Positions 1 to 10,166 are shown, counted from the stretch's first letter. The stretch: 64,000 nucleotides of DNA from Candidatus Yanofskybacteria bacterium (GCA_943359335.1 CALRHC010000002.1:1290-65289); one strand, 5' to 3'. The notes: a model not told the origin generated them from the letters alone. A program made the numbers and translations.

Positions 1-8
1 CAAAGGCA

Positions 9-108
9 GGTGAAGTGGCGGAAGTCGCCGAAAGCGACCAAGTTGGCAGATTTAGCCGCCTACAACATTTTTATAAAATATCTTTGGCGGCCGCACATGA
101 CTCAAAAT
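9..108 (+). pseudogene. Interrupted 5' half-copy of tRNA-Leu(CAA)
   Basis: Blocks GTGGCGGAA (15-23), TTGGCAGA (43-50) and CGCACATGACTCAAAAT (92-108) match the intact tRNA at 357-440 in order, separated by two hairpin insertions; no T-arm or 3' acceptor strand. Confidence 0.7.
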
Positions 109-111
109 AAA

Positions 112-348
112 ATGGTGTTTGTCTATGTAATAAAAAGCAAAAATAAAAATTTCAGATATGTTGGCATTACCAACAACATAAGCGAAAGACTAGATAGACA
201 TAATACTGGTAGAAATGTATCGACAAAAAACCATAAACCCTTTGTACTGATCCGCTCGGAACAATATAATGACTATAAGAAAGCAAGAATTAGAGAAAAA
301 TTTTTAAAAAGCGGAGTTGGAAGAAATTTTTTAGATAGTTTACAATAA
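112..348 (+). CDS. Small GIY-YIG nuclease family protein
   Basis: MVFVYVIKS..YVGIT..ERL..HN...A..REKFLKSG.GR pattern; start moved to ATG 112. Confidence 0.88.
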   Translation: MVFVYVIKSKNKNFRYVGITNNISERLDRHNTGRNVSTKNHKPFVLIRSEQYNDYKKARIREKFLKSGVGRNFLDSLQ

Positions 349-356
349 ACAACCAT

Positions 357-440
357 GCCCAGGTGGCGGAATTGGCAGACGCACAGGACTCAAAATCCTG
401 CGATAGCAATATCATGAGGGTTCGACCCCCTCCCTGGGCA
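357..440 (+). tRNA. tRNA-Leu(CAA)
   Basis: Acceptor stem GCCCAGG/CCTGGGC, anticodon arm CAGGA-CTCAAAA-TCCTG, long variable arm, GGTTCGAC T loop; CCA not encoded. Confidence 0.96.
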
Positions 441-482
441 CAATACTAAAAATACCCTATCAACCAAGAGGGTGTTTTTTAT

Positions 483-878
483 TTAATTAAACTTTATAGA
501 AAACCCGTACATTCCCATGGCACATGTGCCGTTTATAACAGTGCCAATTTTTTGTGAAGGCACCTCAATTTCGGTAACACCGGATGGTGCTAAGTTTTTT
601 CGGTAATTTAAACTTGGAATAACTAATGCCGAAGAACAATCGAATGTGCCTTGTGTTTTTATTCTAATAACTGTAAGTATATCCGCTTTTGCCAAAATTT
701 CGCGAGGAGTATAGCCACCCTTGGCTTTAATTTCTATAACTTGTTTTCCATCTATAACTTGCGAAACCGCGACAGGTTCTTTATCTGGCAGACCCGAAGA
801 ATCTCTGTTGTTAGCAAAAAGTATTGCAGAAAAAACAACACCGGCAGAAATTATTATAGAAACAATTGTTAATTTCAT
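483..878 (-). CDS. Cupredoxin-like domain protein
   Basis: N-terminal TM, GGYTP and CAMGMY motifs; copper operon context. Confidence 0.8.
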   Translation of the reverse strand: MKLTIVSIIISAGVVFSAILFANNRDSSGLPDKEPVAVSQVIDGKQVIEIKAKGGYTPREILAKADILTVIRIKTQGTFDCSSALVIPSLNYRKNLAPSGVTEIEVPSQKIGTVINGTCAMGMYGFSIKFN

Positions 879-881
879 TTT

Positions 882-1898
882 TTAAAAATTAAATACTGGA
901 CGCAATAACCCTGCAGCAACTAAGCTATTAATTAAATTTAAAATTCCAAAAAATATAACAATTAATCCAGCTGCTTTAAAGAAAACACCTGAATTACTCT
1001 TGTTAAAACTAAGAGAACTAAAACTTAAAAGTGAAAGCACGGGCAACGTCCCTAAAACAAAAGAAAACATTGTTAAACCACCCGTCCAAAAACTACCTGT
1101 TGTAAGTGTATATATTTGCATTGATTGTGTAAAACCACAAGGCAAAAAGAAAGTAGCTATACCAATTAAAAATGGCGTTAATGTATGGTTAATATTTTTT
1201 AAGCCGTGTATGCGCTTGCCCAAAAAAGCCGGTAGGGTTGGCTGAATTTTTTTAGCCCAAGGAAAAACATCAAGCAAATTTACACCCAAAACAAGAAGAA
1301 TTATTGCCACCAAAAAACTAAGTATAAAAATACCTGTGCCGCCTAATTGGAAAGAAGCACCAGCGATGCCAATAATTCCACCCAACAAAAAGAAAGAAAT
1401 TAAACGCCCAACGTGAAACAATATCTGAGGTTTAACCTTTTCACCTTCTTTGGCAAAATTTGCCGATATAGAAAGCACTAAACCACCCACTACCGCCATA
1501 CAAGTGGAAACAGAGGCTATAAGACCAATAACAAAAGCTGTGCCAAAACCAACATTAGAACTATTAACTAAATTTACTAACCCAATCTTTTGTAGAAAGA
1601 TAAAAAATAAAATAAAACCCAAAGCTACTGGACCGGCAATTAAAAAATCTCGCCACTTAACAGAGCGTTTTTCTTTTTCTAACAAAATTTCGTAACCGTG
1701 CAGTTTAACAACTTCGGTTAAATCTTTGACAATGTGTTCCGCAGTTTTATCGCCAAAATCTCCCGAAACTTCTACACTCAAATCTTTAAGCGAAGCCTGA
1801 GCAGAGTCCACTTCGGATAATTCTTTAAGCTCGGACTCTATTAAAACAACGCAGGCTTTGCAATGCATTCCTTTTACATGGAATTTATATTTTTTCAT
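882..1898 (-). CDS. HMA domain + DsbD_2/TauE-like membrane protein
   Basis: GMHCKAC, STCMAVVGG, FLPCGFTQ, multiple TM helices. Confidence 0.85.
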   Translation of the reverse strand: MKKYKFHVKGMHCKACVVLIESELKELSEVDSAQASLKDLSVEVSGDFGDKTAEHIVKDLTEVVKLHGYEILLEKEKRSVKWRDFLIAGPVALGFILFFIFLQKIGLVNLVNSSNVGFGTAFVIGLIASVSTCMAVVGGLVLSISANFAKEGEKVKPQILFHVGRLISFFLLGGIIGIAGASFQLGGTGIFILSFLVAIILLVLGVNLLDVFPWAKKIQPTLPAFLGKRIHGLKNINHTLTPFLIGIATFFLPCGFTQSMQIYTLTTGSFWTGGLTMFSFVLGTLPVLSLLSFSSLSFNKSNSGVFFKAAGLIVIFFGILNLINSLVAAGLLRPVFNF

Positions 1899-1900
1899 AT

Positions 1901-4198
1901 TTATAATTTTTTTGTTTTAATTCTAAGAGAATTAGTTACAACCGAAACACTGGAAGCCGCCATCGCAAAACCGGCAAAAACTGGGTTTAGCAACCAACCT
2001 AAAAATGGGTAAAAAGCACCGGCCGCTAAAGGTATGCCAACAATATTATAAATAAACGCCCAAAAAAGATTCTGCTTTATTCCACGCATTGTTATTTTAG
2101 AAAGTGTTATAGCTTTAACAAGTTTAGAGATATCTCCGTGCAATAAAGTTATACCAGCCGATTCTATAGCTACATCCGTACCTGTGGCCATAGCAATGCC
2201 AATATCGGCCTGTGCCAAAGCCGGAGCATCATTTACACCATCACCCGCCATAACAACAATCTTTCCTTGTTGTTGAAGTTCTTTAATTTTATTTAACTTA
2301 TCTTCTGGTAAAACTTCGGCTACAACTTCGTCTATACCAACTTCTTTAGCAATATAAGCAGCAGTTTGTTTATCGTCGCCAGTTAACATAACCACTTTTA
2401 GGCCTAAGCCGTGCAAACGTTTAACAGCTTCAGCTGATTCTGGTTTTACTGCATCCGCAATCATAACCACACCCAAAACTTTTTCTTTTTCTGCAACTAT
2501 TATAGGAGTTTTTCCTTCGGCAGTATCTTTTTCTATTAAACTAGAATCAAATTGAATATTTAAATCTTTAATAAGTTTAATGTTACCGGCATAATATTCT
2601 GTATTATTTACAATCCCTTTAACACCCTTGCCTTTTATAGCTTCGAAATTATTTATCTGGGTAAAAGAAATATTTTTATCTTTAGCATAATCAATAACCG
2701 AATGAGCTATAGGATGTTCAGAGTTTTTTTCAAGCGAACCTAAAATAGAAATTAATTCCTCATCTTTTTTTTCTGAAAAGTTTTTAATAGAAACAAGTTC
2801 CGGCCTACCTTTAGTTATGGTTCCAGTTTTATCTACCACAACCACATTAGCCTTATGAAGCTTTTCTAGTGTGGCAGCATCTTTAATTAAAATTCCTTCG
2901 CGAGCACCCTTACCTACTCCAACAATAATCGCGGTTGGCGTGGCTAAACCCAGTGCGCATGGACAAGCAATAACTAAAATTCCAACAAAAGAAACCAAGC
3001 CAAAAGAAAGGGCTTGCGAAAATTCCATATAGCGCGAACCAACCAAAAGCCACAAACCCAAAACCACAAAAGATAGTGCCAAAACTATCGGCACAAAAAC
3101 AGCAGAAATTTTATCGGCCAAAGCCTGTATAGGGGCTTTACTGCCCTGAGCATCTTCCACCATTCTAATTATGTGGGCCAACATAGTTTCGGAACCGACT
3201 TTAGTTGCCTTAAAAGTAAAAGCACCACTCGTATTTATTGTGCCTGCTACAACATTTTCTCCAATATCTTTTTTAACAGGGATAGGTTCGCCTGTAATCA
3301 TAGATTCATCTACATAAGAAGAACCTTCGGTTATTATGCCATCCACTGGAATTTTACCGGCGGGTTTAATTAAAATTAAATCTCCATGAATAACCTCGTC
3401 TACAGGAATTTCTTGTTCGCTACCATTACGAATTACCAAAGCGGTTTTTGCTTGCATGTTAATAAGCTTTTCTATGGCATCGCCTGTTTTTATTTTGGAA
3501 CGTGCTTCTAAATATTTCCCCAAAGTTATAAAAGTGATAACCACTATGGTTACATCAAAATAAACATTTTCAACATTTATAAATTTTTCTAAAACATCTT
3601 TAAAAATTGTAACTGCTAAACTATATGTAAAGGCTACCGATGTGCCAATACCAATAAGTGTATCCATATTAGCTTTGCCGTATTTAAGAAAACGATAAAA
3701 ACCCATTAAATATGGTTGGCCGACGTAAAACAAAACATAAGCCGCCATTAAAGGCATTATATTTTGAAAAACATTTCTTAATACAATTGGCATTTCCGAA
3801 ACAATGTCGAACATAGAAAAAATATCCCAAGCCATAAAAACAACGCTAATTATTGCAAGTGGGATAGCGGTTAATAATTTCTTCTTCATATTGGCTAGCT
3901 CCGCCAACTTTTCTTTTTTACTTTGATTTAAACCTAAATGTTCCGCATGCTCGCTTTCCGACATATTCATCTGTTCTGCTGTTAATTGATTTAACAACAA
4001 AGAATAGCCTAATGGTTCTATTTTTTTGGAAAGATTTTCCAAACTTACTTTAGATTCATCGAAAGAAATTTTGGCAGTTTCTGTTCCATAATTAACCTCG
4101 ACTGATTCCACACCATCGATTTTTTTAAATGTTTTTTCTATAATCGCCGCACAAGAAGCGCAGTGCATACCTTTAATTCTAGAGGTTTTTGTTTGCAT
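1901..4198 (-). CDS. copA: Copper-translocating P1B-type ATPase
   Basis: GMHCASC, TGE, CPC, DKTGT, HP, GDGVNDAP, YN and MAASS motifs. Confidence 0.95.
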   Translation of the reverse strand: MQTKTSRIKGMHCASCAAIIEKTFKKIDGVESVEVNYGTETAKISFDESKVSLENLSKKIEPLGYSLLLNQLTAEQMNMSESEHAEHLGLNQSKKEKLAELANMKKKLLTAIPLAIISVVFMAWDIFSMFDIVSEMPIVLRNVFQNIMPLMAAYVLFYVGQPYLMGFYRFLKYGKANMDTLIGIGTSVAFTYSLAVTIFKDVLEKFINVENVYFDVTIVVITFITLGKYLEARSKIKTGDAIEKLINMQAKTALVIRNGSEQEIPVDEVIHGDLILIKPAGKIPVDGIITEGSSYVDESMITGEPIPVKKDIGENVVAGTINTSGAFTFKATKVGSETMLAHIIRMVEDAQGSKAPIQALADKISAVFVPIVLALSFVVLGLWLLVGSRYMEFSQALSFGLVSFVGILVIACPCALGLATPTAIIVGVGKGAREGILIKDAATLEKLHKANVVVVDKTGTITKGRPELVSIKNFSEKKDEELISILGSLEKNSEHPIAHSVIDYAKDKNISFTQINNFEAIKGKGVKGIVNNTEYYAGNIKLIKDLNIQFDSSLIEKDTAEGKTPIIVAEKEKVLGVVMIADAVKPESAEAVKRLHGLGLKVVMLTGDDKQTAAYIAKEVGIDEVVAEVLPEDKLNKIKELQQQGKIVVMAGDGVNDAPALAQADIGIAMATGTDVAIESAGITLLHGDISKLVKAITLSKITMRGIKQNLFWAFIYNIVGIPLAAGAFYPFLGWLLNPVFAGFAMAASSVSVVTNSLRIKTKKL

Positions 4199-4203
4199 TT
4201 TAT

Positions 4204-4268
4204 TTTCTTTTTAGCTTATAAACTTTTAATATTTCTTTTTAGCTTATAAACTTTTAATATTTCTTTTT
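4204..4268. repeat. 28-bp tandem duplication at csoR 3' end
   Basis: TTTCTTTTTAGCTTATAAACTTTTAATA at 4204-4231 and 4232-4259 plus a partial third copy. Confidence 0.9.
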
Positions 4269-4491
4269 TGGCTTTATCATTCTCACCAGAAGAAACCTGT
4301 TTTAAAACACAGCTATCCAAATGATTTTCTAACAAAAGATCCTCGGCATTGGAAAGCCCTTGCTTAACAGCAGAAGTTTGAGTAATTACATCTATACAGT
4401 AAACTCCTTTTTTAACCATTTCTTGTAAGCCCCTAACTTGCCCCTCTATTATTTTTAAGCGATGAATTATTTTATTTTTTGTGGGATTCAT
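4216..4491 (-). CDS. csoR: CsoR/RcnR family metal-sensing repressor
   Basis: RLKIIEGQVRG, YCIDVITQ, HLDSC motifs. Confidence 0.92.
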   Translation of the reverse strand: MNPTKNKIIHRLKIIEGQVRGLQEMVKKGVYCIDVITQTSAVKQGLSNAEDLLLENHLDSCVLKQVSSGENDKAKKEILKVYKLKRNIKSL

Positions 4492-4501
4492 AATGTTTAT
4501 A

Positions 4502-4530
4502 AGTATATACCCCTAGGGGGTATTATGCAA
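4502..4530 (-). promoter_or_regulatory. Sigma70 promoter with CsoR operator
   Basis: TTGCAT-17-TATACT; the spacer carries the TACCCC..GGGGGTA pseudo-palindrome typical of CsoR sites. Confidence 0.85.
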
Positions 4531-4537
4531 GTAATAT

Positions 4538-4563
4538 AAAACCCTCCCGAAGGAGGGTGTTTT
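4538..4563 (-). terminator. Intrinsic terminator
   Basis: CCCTCC/GGAGGG stem followed by a T run on the minus strand. Confidence 0.7.
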
Positions 4564-5131
4564 ATTTTTGGGAGGGAAAAAACCTTTCTACATAGCCCCA
4601 CAAACTCAAGAAGGCGCAAACAGCAGAGCCAAACAAGTAAAAAAGGAATATGGAATCAAAGGTGGTTCTACCAATAACAGGCACAAAATAAATATCGGCA
4701 AAAAACAAACCAGCTACAAAAAAATATAACCACATTTTTACTTTACCCCAAAAATGGGCACTTACATCTAGATCTCTGAACGCACCGTAAACCCAAGTGC
4801 TAATCAAAAGAGCCTCGAAAATAAGGATAGCAATAAGAAATGCCACAGACAAAACTGCAACAAGACCAGATACATCTAATAATTTATTTAATTCAAAACC
4901 AAAAAGCGGGCAGACAAAGAGCTTGTCTCTAGCTCTATCTAAAGATTTTCCTAGAGTAGAAACGACCTTAAAAATTCTAGCCGCTTTGCCGTCAATCAAA
5001 TCGGTAAAACCGATAAAAATAATCAGAGATATCATGATTATCCCTGAATAGCCCTTGAACAAAAGCGTAATGAAAAGTATTACGGCAATCACACCCACTC
5101 CTGTTACTGCATTGGCCAAATGTTTCTTCAT
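4562..5131 (-). CDS. CDP-alcohol phosphatidyltransferase family protein
   Basis: TDLIDGKAAR...GKSLD..RDK motif; start at MKKHL after a purine-rich SD. Confidence 0.85.
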   Translation of the reverse strand: MKKHLANAVTGVGVIAVILFITLLFKGYSGIIMISLIIFIGFTDLIDGKAARIFKVVSTLGKSLDRARDKLFVCPLFGFELNKLLDVSGLVAVLSVAFLIAILIFEALLISTWVYGAFRDLDVSAHFWGKVKMWLYFFVAGLFFADIYFVPVIGRTTFDSIFLFYLFGSAVCAFLSLWGYVERFFPSQK

Positions 5132-5226
5132 TTTTCTCCCCCTTTTATGGTGAGTTAATAGAACCATTTTTAAAAGAACAAAAAGCCAGTGTATAGTATT
5201 ACACTGGCTTTTATTTGGCAACTATA

Positions 5227-5772
5227 TTATTTTTTAAATTTATTTTCGGTAAGTTTAAAAATTATATAACTTACTACAGCGCCTACTACCCAACCCGCAA
5301 TAATATCACTCGGCCAATGAACCCCTGCCGCAACTCTTGCTACACCTATTAGTATAGCTGAAGCAAAAAGAAAAACGCTTAACTTTGGTTGCTTGGCTAA
5401 ATAAAAATAAACAGCCAAGGCCATAAAAAAAGTAGCGTGCCCAGAAGGAAAAGATGCCTCTAACGGATTTTGATTTATAAGTGCGTCGAGCCCACCAAAA
5501 ACAAAGGGACGTTCGCGTGGATACAAATAACGAATTAAAGATGTTACACCAAACCTCGCTACTAAAGCCGAAAAAATTGCTAAACCAGTATGAACCGCTC
5601 TAGTTTTTAAATCGGACTTTCTAAATTTTGGTGTCCACAAATAAAAAAGCAAAACTACAACAACTACAAATTCCCAATATGCCGCAAAGAGAATTATTAG
5701 CGTGTCCGTAAAAACATTCTTAAAAGACAGATTATAAATTGATGCAAAAAAAATATTATCCATTAAAAACAA
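5227..5772 (-). CDS. PAP2 family phosphatase (undecaprenyl-diphosphatase-like)
   Basis: RERP, SFPSGH, RVAAGVHWPSD motifs. Confidence 0.9.
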   Translation of the reverse strand: MFLMDNIFFASIYNLSFKNVFTDTLIILFAAYWEFVVVVVLLFYLWTPKFRKSDLKTRAVHTGLAIFSALVARFGVTSLIRYLYPRERPFVFGGLDALINQNPLEASFPSGHATFFMALAVYFYLAKQPKLSVFLFASAILIGVARVAAGVHWPSDIIAGWVVGAVVSYIIFKLTENKFKK

Positions 5773-6973
5773 AATTATTGGCCAAACTTTTAACCTCTTC
5801 TCTTATTTTACCTAAATCTTCCTTATTTTGTAAGGTTTTGTGTATAAGTTCAGCTATTTTTTTCATATCATCTTCTTTCATTCCCCTTGTTGTTACCGAA
5901 GGTGTACCAATTCTTATACCCGAAGGATCCCAAGGTTTGCGAAGATCGTACGGAATCATATTTTTATTAACAATAATTCCAACTTCTTCCAACTTTTTAC
6001 CAGCTTCCGAACCAGTTAATTTTAAAGGAGTAACATCTATTAGCATTAAGTGATTATCCGTTCCACCAGAAACCACAGAAAAACCAAAGTTAGATAATTC
6101 TTTAGATAAAGCTTTGGCATTATTAACTACTTGGTTTGCATATTCTTTAAAACTAGATCGGCTAGCTTCTTCTAAAGAAATTCCGATGGCTGCGATTGTA
6201 TGCAGTTGAGGCCCACCCTGTAATCCGGGGAAAATTGCCTTATCGATATTTTCCGATAATTCTTTTTTAGAAATAATTATTGCGCCCCTCGGCCCACGCA
6301 AAGTTTTATGTGTAGTTGTCGTAACGATATCGGCATAAGGAAATGGAGATAAATGAACACCTCCAGCAACCAAGCCTGCGATATGGGATAAATCTACCAT
6401 TAATTTTGCACCAACCGCATCGGCAATTTCTTTAAATTTTTTAAAGTCTATTATTCTAGGATATGCCGTAGCACCCGCAACTATTAATTTTGGGTTAAAC
6501 TTTTTAGCTTGTTCTAAAATATTTTCGTAATCCAATAAACCATCTTTGCCAACACCGTAGTGTTCAAATTTAAATAATTTTCCAGTAAAACTTACACCGT
6601 GTCCGTGTGTTAAATGGCCACCATGCTCTAGCGACATGGCTAAAACTTTATCGCCTAATTCTAACACCCCCAGATATGCAGCTAAATTAGCAATACTGCC
6701 AGAATAAGCCTGAACGTTCACACCCCATTCGGTATCTGAAATTTCAAAAACCTTATAAACCAAGCTCTTTGTTTCGTCTTCTATTTTATCTACAACTTCG
6801 TTACCAAAATAATAACGTTGATGTGATTTACCTTCAGCGTATTTATTGGTTAAAACCGATCCCAGTGTAGTTAAAACATTTTTTGAAACAAAATTTTCCG
6901 AAGGAATTAAATTTATAGTTTCATTTTGACGATCTTTTTCGAGTTGTAAAAGTTTAATTATGTTTGAATCCAT
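5756..6973 (-). CDS. glyA: Serine hydroxymethyltransferase
   Basis: LIPSEN, GGHLTHG, TTTHKTLRGPRG. Confidence 0.97.
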   Translation of the reverse strand: MDSNIIKLLQLEKDRQNETINLIPSENFVSKNVLTTLGSVLTNKYAEGKSHQRYYFGNEVVDKIEDETKSLVYKVFEISDTEWGVNVQAYSGSIANLAAYLGVLELGDKVLAMSLEHGGHLTHGHGVSFTGKLFKFEHYGVGKDGLLDYENILEQAKKFNPKLIVAGATAYPRIIDFKKFKEIADAVGAKLMVDLSHIAGLVAGGVHLSPFPYADIVTTTTHKTLRGPRGAIIISKKELSENIDKAIFPGLQGGPQLHTIAAIGISLEEASRSSFKEYANQVVNNAKALSKELSNFGFSVVSGGTDNHLMLIDVTPLKLTGSEAGKKLEEVGIIVNKNMIPYDLRKPWDPSGIRIGTPSVTTRGMKEDDMKKIAELIHKTLQNKEDLGKIREEVKSLANNFVFNG

Positions 6974-6974
6974 T

Positions 6975-7625
6975 TTATTTAATCTGTATAGTTTTTAGAA
7001 TGTTTAAAAAATTTTCTTTATTAGTTGGATTTATTCTAACAATTCTAGCATTGTCTGTTGTTAGATCAATTATGGTCGATGGATCTGATTCTGGCAAAAC
7101 TCCATTATCTATAAATAGATCAGGTTGAATATCTTCTCTACTAAATCTTTCGATAATTTCTCTAGAATCTAACGAGGAAATTTCACCCGAAATATTAGCC
7201 GAAGTTGCTATAACGGGTCCTTCAAAATCTTTTATTAAACTTTGGCAAAAATAATTATCTGGCATTCTTAGAGCAATTGAATTTCTACCAGCGGTAAGCA
7301 AAAAAGAAATGCTGGGCTTTTTCTTTAATATAAAAGTAAATGGACCCGGCCAAAAACTTTTTAATATTTTTTCTCTAGACTTATCTATAACCGCCATGGC
7401 TTTCGCCATACTTATAGAATTAACTATAACCGGCAGAGGTTTTTTCTCTGGGCGTTTTTTAATAGCGAAAATTTTTCTTATAGCATCGTTATCAAAGACA
7501 TTAGCTCCCATACCATAAAGAGTGTCTGTAGGATAAATTATTACCCGCCCTTTTAACAAAGCTAACGCGGCTTCTTTTGAGGCTAACTCCGGAGAGAAAT
7601 TATTACGAATATCTAGTATCTTCAT
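6975..7625 (-). CDS. tsaC: L-threonylcarbamoyladenylate synthase (Sua5/TsaC)
   Basis: YPTDTLYG, KKRP..KP, WPGP, TSANISG. Confidence 0.92.
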   Translation of the reverse strand: MKILDIRNNFSPELASKEAALALLKGRVIIYPTDTLYGMGANVFDNDAIRKIFAIKKRPEKKPLPVIVNSISMAKAMAVIDKSREKILKSFWPGPFTFILKKKPSISFLLTAGRNSIALRMPDNYFCQSLIKDFEGPVIATSANISGEISSLDSREIIERFSREDIQPDLFIDNGVLPESDPSTIIDLTTDNARIVRINPTNKENFLNILKTIQIK

Positions 7626-7669
7626 TAGTTTTCGCTAATATACCAATTATTAAGAATATAGCCAATAAA

Positions 7670-7769
7670 AATTCGCATTGGTTTGAGCGATTTCAAGGAG
7701 GTTCAATTTAAATATAAAGAGGGAGAATGTAAGTACCCCTCCTTGCAGGAGCGAAAACTGATGCGAATT
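7670..7769 (-). repeat. Dispersed stem-loop element, family A copy 1
   Basis: ~70 nt core GAGCGATTTCAAGGAGG...CCTCCTTGCAGGAGCGAA inside inverted arms; directly after the leuS stop. Confidence 0.9.
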
Positions 7770-7772
7770 AAT

Positions 7773-10097
7773 TTAAACAATAAAATTTATAAACTTATCC
7801 TTAACAAATATAACTTTCTTTACTGGCGAAGTAAGATATTTAGAAATATTTTCGTTATTTTTAGCAGCTTCTTCAACATCTTTTTGCAAAGAGTCCACTG
7901 GCATTTTAATAACCGCGCGCATCTTAGCGTTTACTTGCACCACTATATCTACTTCTTTATCTTTAACCAGTTTAGAATCAAACTTTGGCCAAGGCGTTAT
8001 ATGAATAGATTTTTTATTCTTTAAAATTTCTCTAAATATCTCCTCGCTCATATGAGGCGCAAAAGGAGCCATGAGTTTAGCCAAAACTTCTAGTTCGTTT
8101 TTACCAACAGATTCCATATTAGCTTCAAATTCATTTAACAAAACCATCAAAGCCGAAACCGAAGTGTTATAACTCAAATTTTCTAAATCCTCTGTTACTT
8201 TTTTAATAGTCTTATTTAGAACTATTTGTAACTTAGGATTATCGTTTTGAGATTTGAGATTTAAAGTTTGAGATAAATTCCACACTCTATCTAAAAATCT
8301 GGTTATTCCTTTTATTCCACCGTCTCTAAAATCACCACCTTGATCAAACGGACCCAGAAACATTAAATACATTCTTAAAACATCAGCGCCATAATTTTTA
8401 ATGTATTCGTCGGGGTTAATAACATTACCCTTGGATTTAGACATTTTTGCGCCATCTTTTATCAATAATCCATGGGCACGGAATTTTTTAAATGGCTCGT
8501 CAAAATTGGTTAAACGTAAATCTTTAAATACCATCGCTAAAAATCGAACGTATAAAAGATGCAAAACAGAATGTTCTGCTCCGCCAATATACATATCTAC
8601 CGGAAACCATTTCTTAGTTACAGCTTGATCCCAAGCATATTTTTTATCTTTAACCGAAGCATAGCGCAAGTAATACCAAGCCGAATCTAAAAATGTATCG
8701 GAAACATCGGTTTCTCTTCTAGCTACTCCTTCGCATTTAGGACATTTAACTTTAAAAAACTTTTCGTCGGCCGCTAAAGGTGATTCGCTTGTACCGGTTG
8801 GTCTAAAGTTTTTTATGTAAGGTAACCTAACTGGTAAATCTTTTTCTGGCACCGGCTGCCAACCACATTTCTCACAATGAATCATTGGAATAGGTGCACC
8901 CCAATAACGTTGGCGAGAAACTAACCAATCCCGCAATCTAAATTGTGTTGTTTTTTTGCCCACACTCTTTTTTATCCCCTCCTCAATTGAAACGAGCGGC
9001 GCACCGCTTATCGCTAATTTAAATTTATTAGCGAATTCTAAATCGCGTTCATCGTGCGCTGGCACTCCCATAACTGCGCCTGTGCCATAACCTGCTAAAA
9101 CATAATCCGAAATCCAAACTGGAACCTTTTCGTTATTAGCTGGATTAATTGCAGAAATACCAGAAAAAATTCCGGATTTATCCTTATCTTGATTTTGATC
9201 GCGAGTAACTCTATCGGAAAGAGCTTTAGTAATATATTCTTTTACTTCTTCCGAAACTTGCCAACCAATATCTAACCAAAACTTTGCTTTCTCGGGCGAA
9301 ATTGCAATAAAGGTTACACCGAAAATTGTATCTGGGCGCGTGGTAAAAACTTCTACAAAATGTTTACCATCTTTTTGCCCTGTAACATCTGTTAAACGAA
9401 ATTTAATAGAAGCACCTTCCGATTTACCTATCCAATTTTTTTGAGCAATTTTTACTTTTTCACTCCAATCGATTTTATCTAAACCCTTTAAAAGCTTATC
9501 GGCATATTTAGTTATTCTAAAAAACCACTGCTCTAGTTCTTTTTTAATAACTTTTGTACCACATCTTTCACATTCACCACTTATAACCTGTTCGTCGGCT
9601 AAAACAGTTAAACAAGAAGGACACCAATTAACCGCAGATTTTTTGCGGTAAGCCAAACCTTTTTTATAAAGCTGTATAAAAATCCATTGTGTCCATTTGT
9701 AATATTCTGGGTCGTAAGTTTCTAATTTCTCATTCCAAGCAAAACCATTACCTATCATTTGTAGTTGGCGGTAAAAATTTTTCTCGGAAACTCTAGCTTG
9801 ATCCATTGGATGCTCGCCAATTTTTAAAGCATAGTTTTCGGAATGTATCCCAAAACCATCAAGCCCAATGGGCTCAAAAACATTAAAACCTTGCATTCTC
9901 TTAAAGCGACCATGAATATCACTCCCCACAAAAGCGTACATATTACCCACGTGCAATCCTTCGGCCGAAGGATACGGAAACATCATTAGGTTATAGAACG
10001 GATTTTTGGCATTTTTTAGATCTGGTTCATAAACCTTCTCAGCCAGCCATTTCTTATGCCACTTAGATTCTACTTTTTTATGATTATATTTGGCCAT
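7773..10097 (-). CDS. leuS: Leucine-tRNA ligase
   Basis: MFPYPS..LHVGN, TTRPDT, KMSKS. Confidence 0.97.
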   Translation of the reverse strand: MAKYNHKKVESKWHKKWLAEKVYEPDLKNAKNPFYNLMMFPYPSAEGLHVGNMYAFVGSDIHGRFKRMQGFNVFEPIGLDGFGIHSENYALKIGEHPMDQARVSEKNFYRQLQMIGNGFAWNEKLETYDPEYYKWTQWIFIQLYKKGLAYRKKSAVNWCPSCLTVLADEQVISGECERCGTKVIKKELEQWFFRITKYADKLLKGLDKIDWSEKVKIAQKNWIGKSEGASIKFRLTDVTGQKDGKHFVEVFTTRPDTIFGVTFIAISPEKAKFWLDIGWQVSEEVKEYITKALSDRVTRDQNQDKDKSGIFSGISAINPANNEKVPVWISDYVLAGYGTGAVMGVPAHDERDLEFANKFKLAISGAPLVSIEEGIKKSVGKKTTQFRLRDWLVSRQRYWGAPIPMIHCEKCGWQPVPEKDLPVRLPYIKNFRPTGTSESPLAADEKFFKVKCPKCEGVARRETDVSDTFLDSAWYYLRYASVKDKKYAWDQAVTKKWFPVDMYIGGAEHSVLHLLYVRFLAMVFKDLRLTNFDEPFKKFRAHGLLIKDGAKMSKSKGNVINPDEYIKNYGADVLRMYLMFLGPFDQGGDFRDGGIKGITRFLDRVWNLSQTLNLKSQNDNPKLQIVLNKTIKKVTEDLENLSYNTSVSALMVLLNEFEANMESVGKNELEVLAKLMAPFAPHMSEEIFREILKNKKSIHITPWPKFDSKLVKDKEVDIVVQVNAKMRAVIKMPVDSLQKDVEEAAKNNENISKYLTSPVKKVIFVKDKFINFIV

Positions 10098-10166
10098 TTG
10101 TATCTATCTAAAATAGCGAAAAAAGAGGTTTAAAGCAAGAAAAACCCCTTAATCTTAAGTTAAATT

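Noticed and set aside
109-356. Group I intron in tRNA-Leu
   Set aside because: The ORF fills nearly the whole interval, leaving no room for a catalytic core; the downstream tRNA is complete and no separate 3' exon exists
7683-8024. 113 aa plus-strand ORF starting in the family A repeat
   Set aside because: Antisense to leuS, TTG start, no recognisable motif
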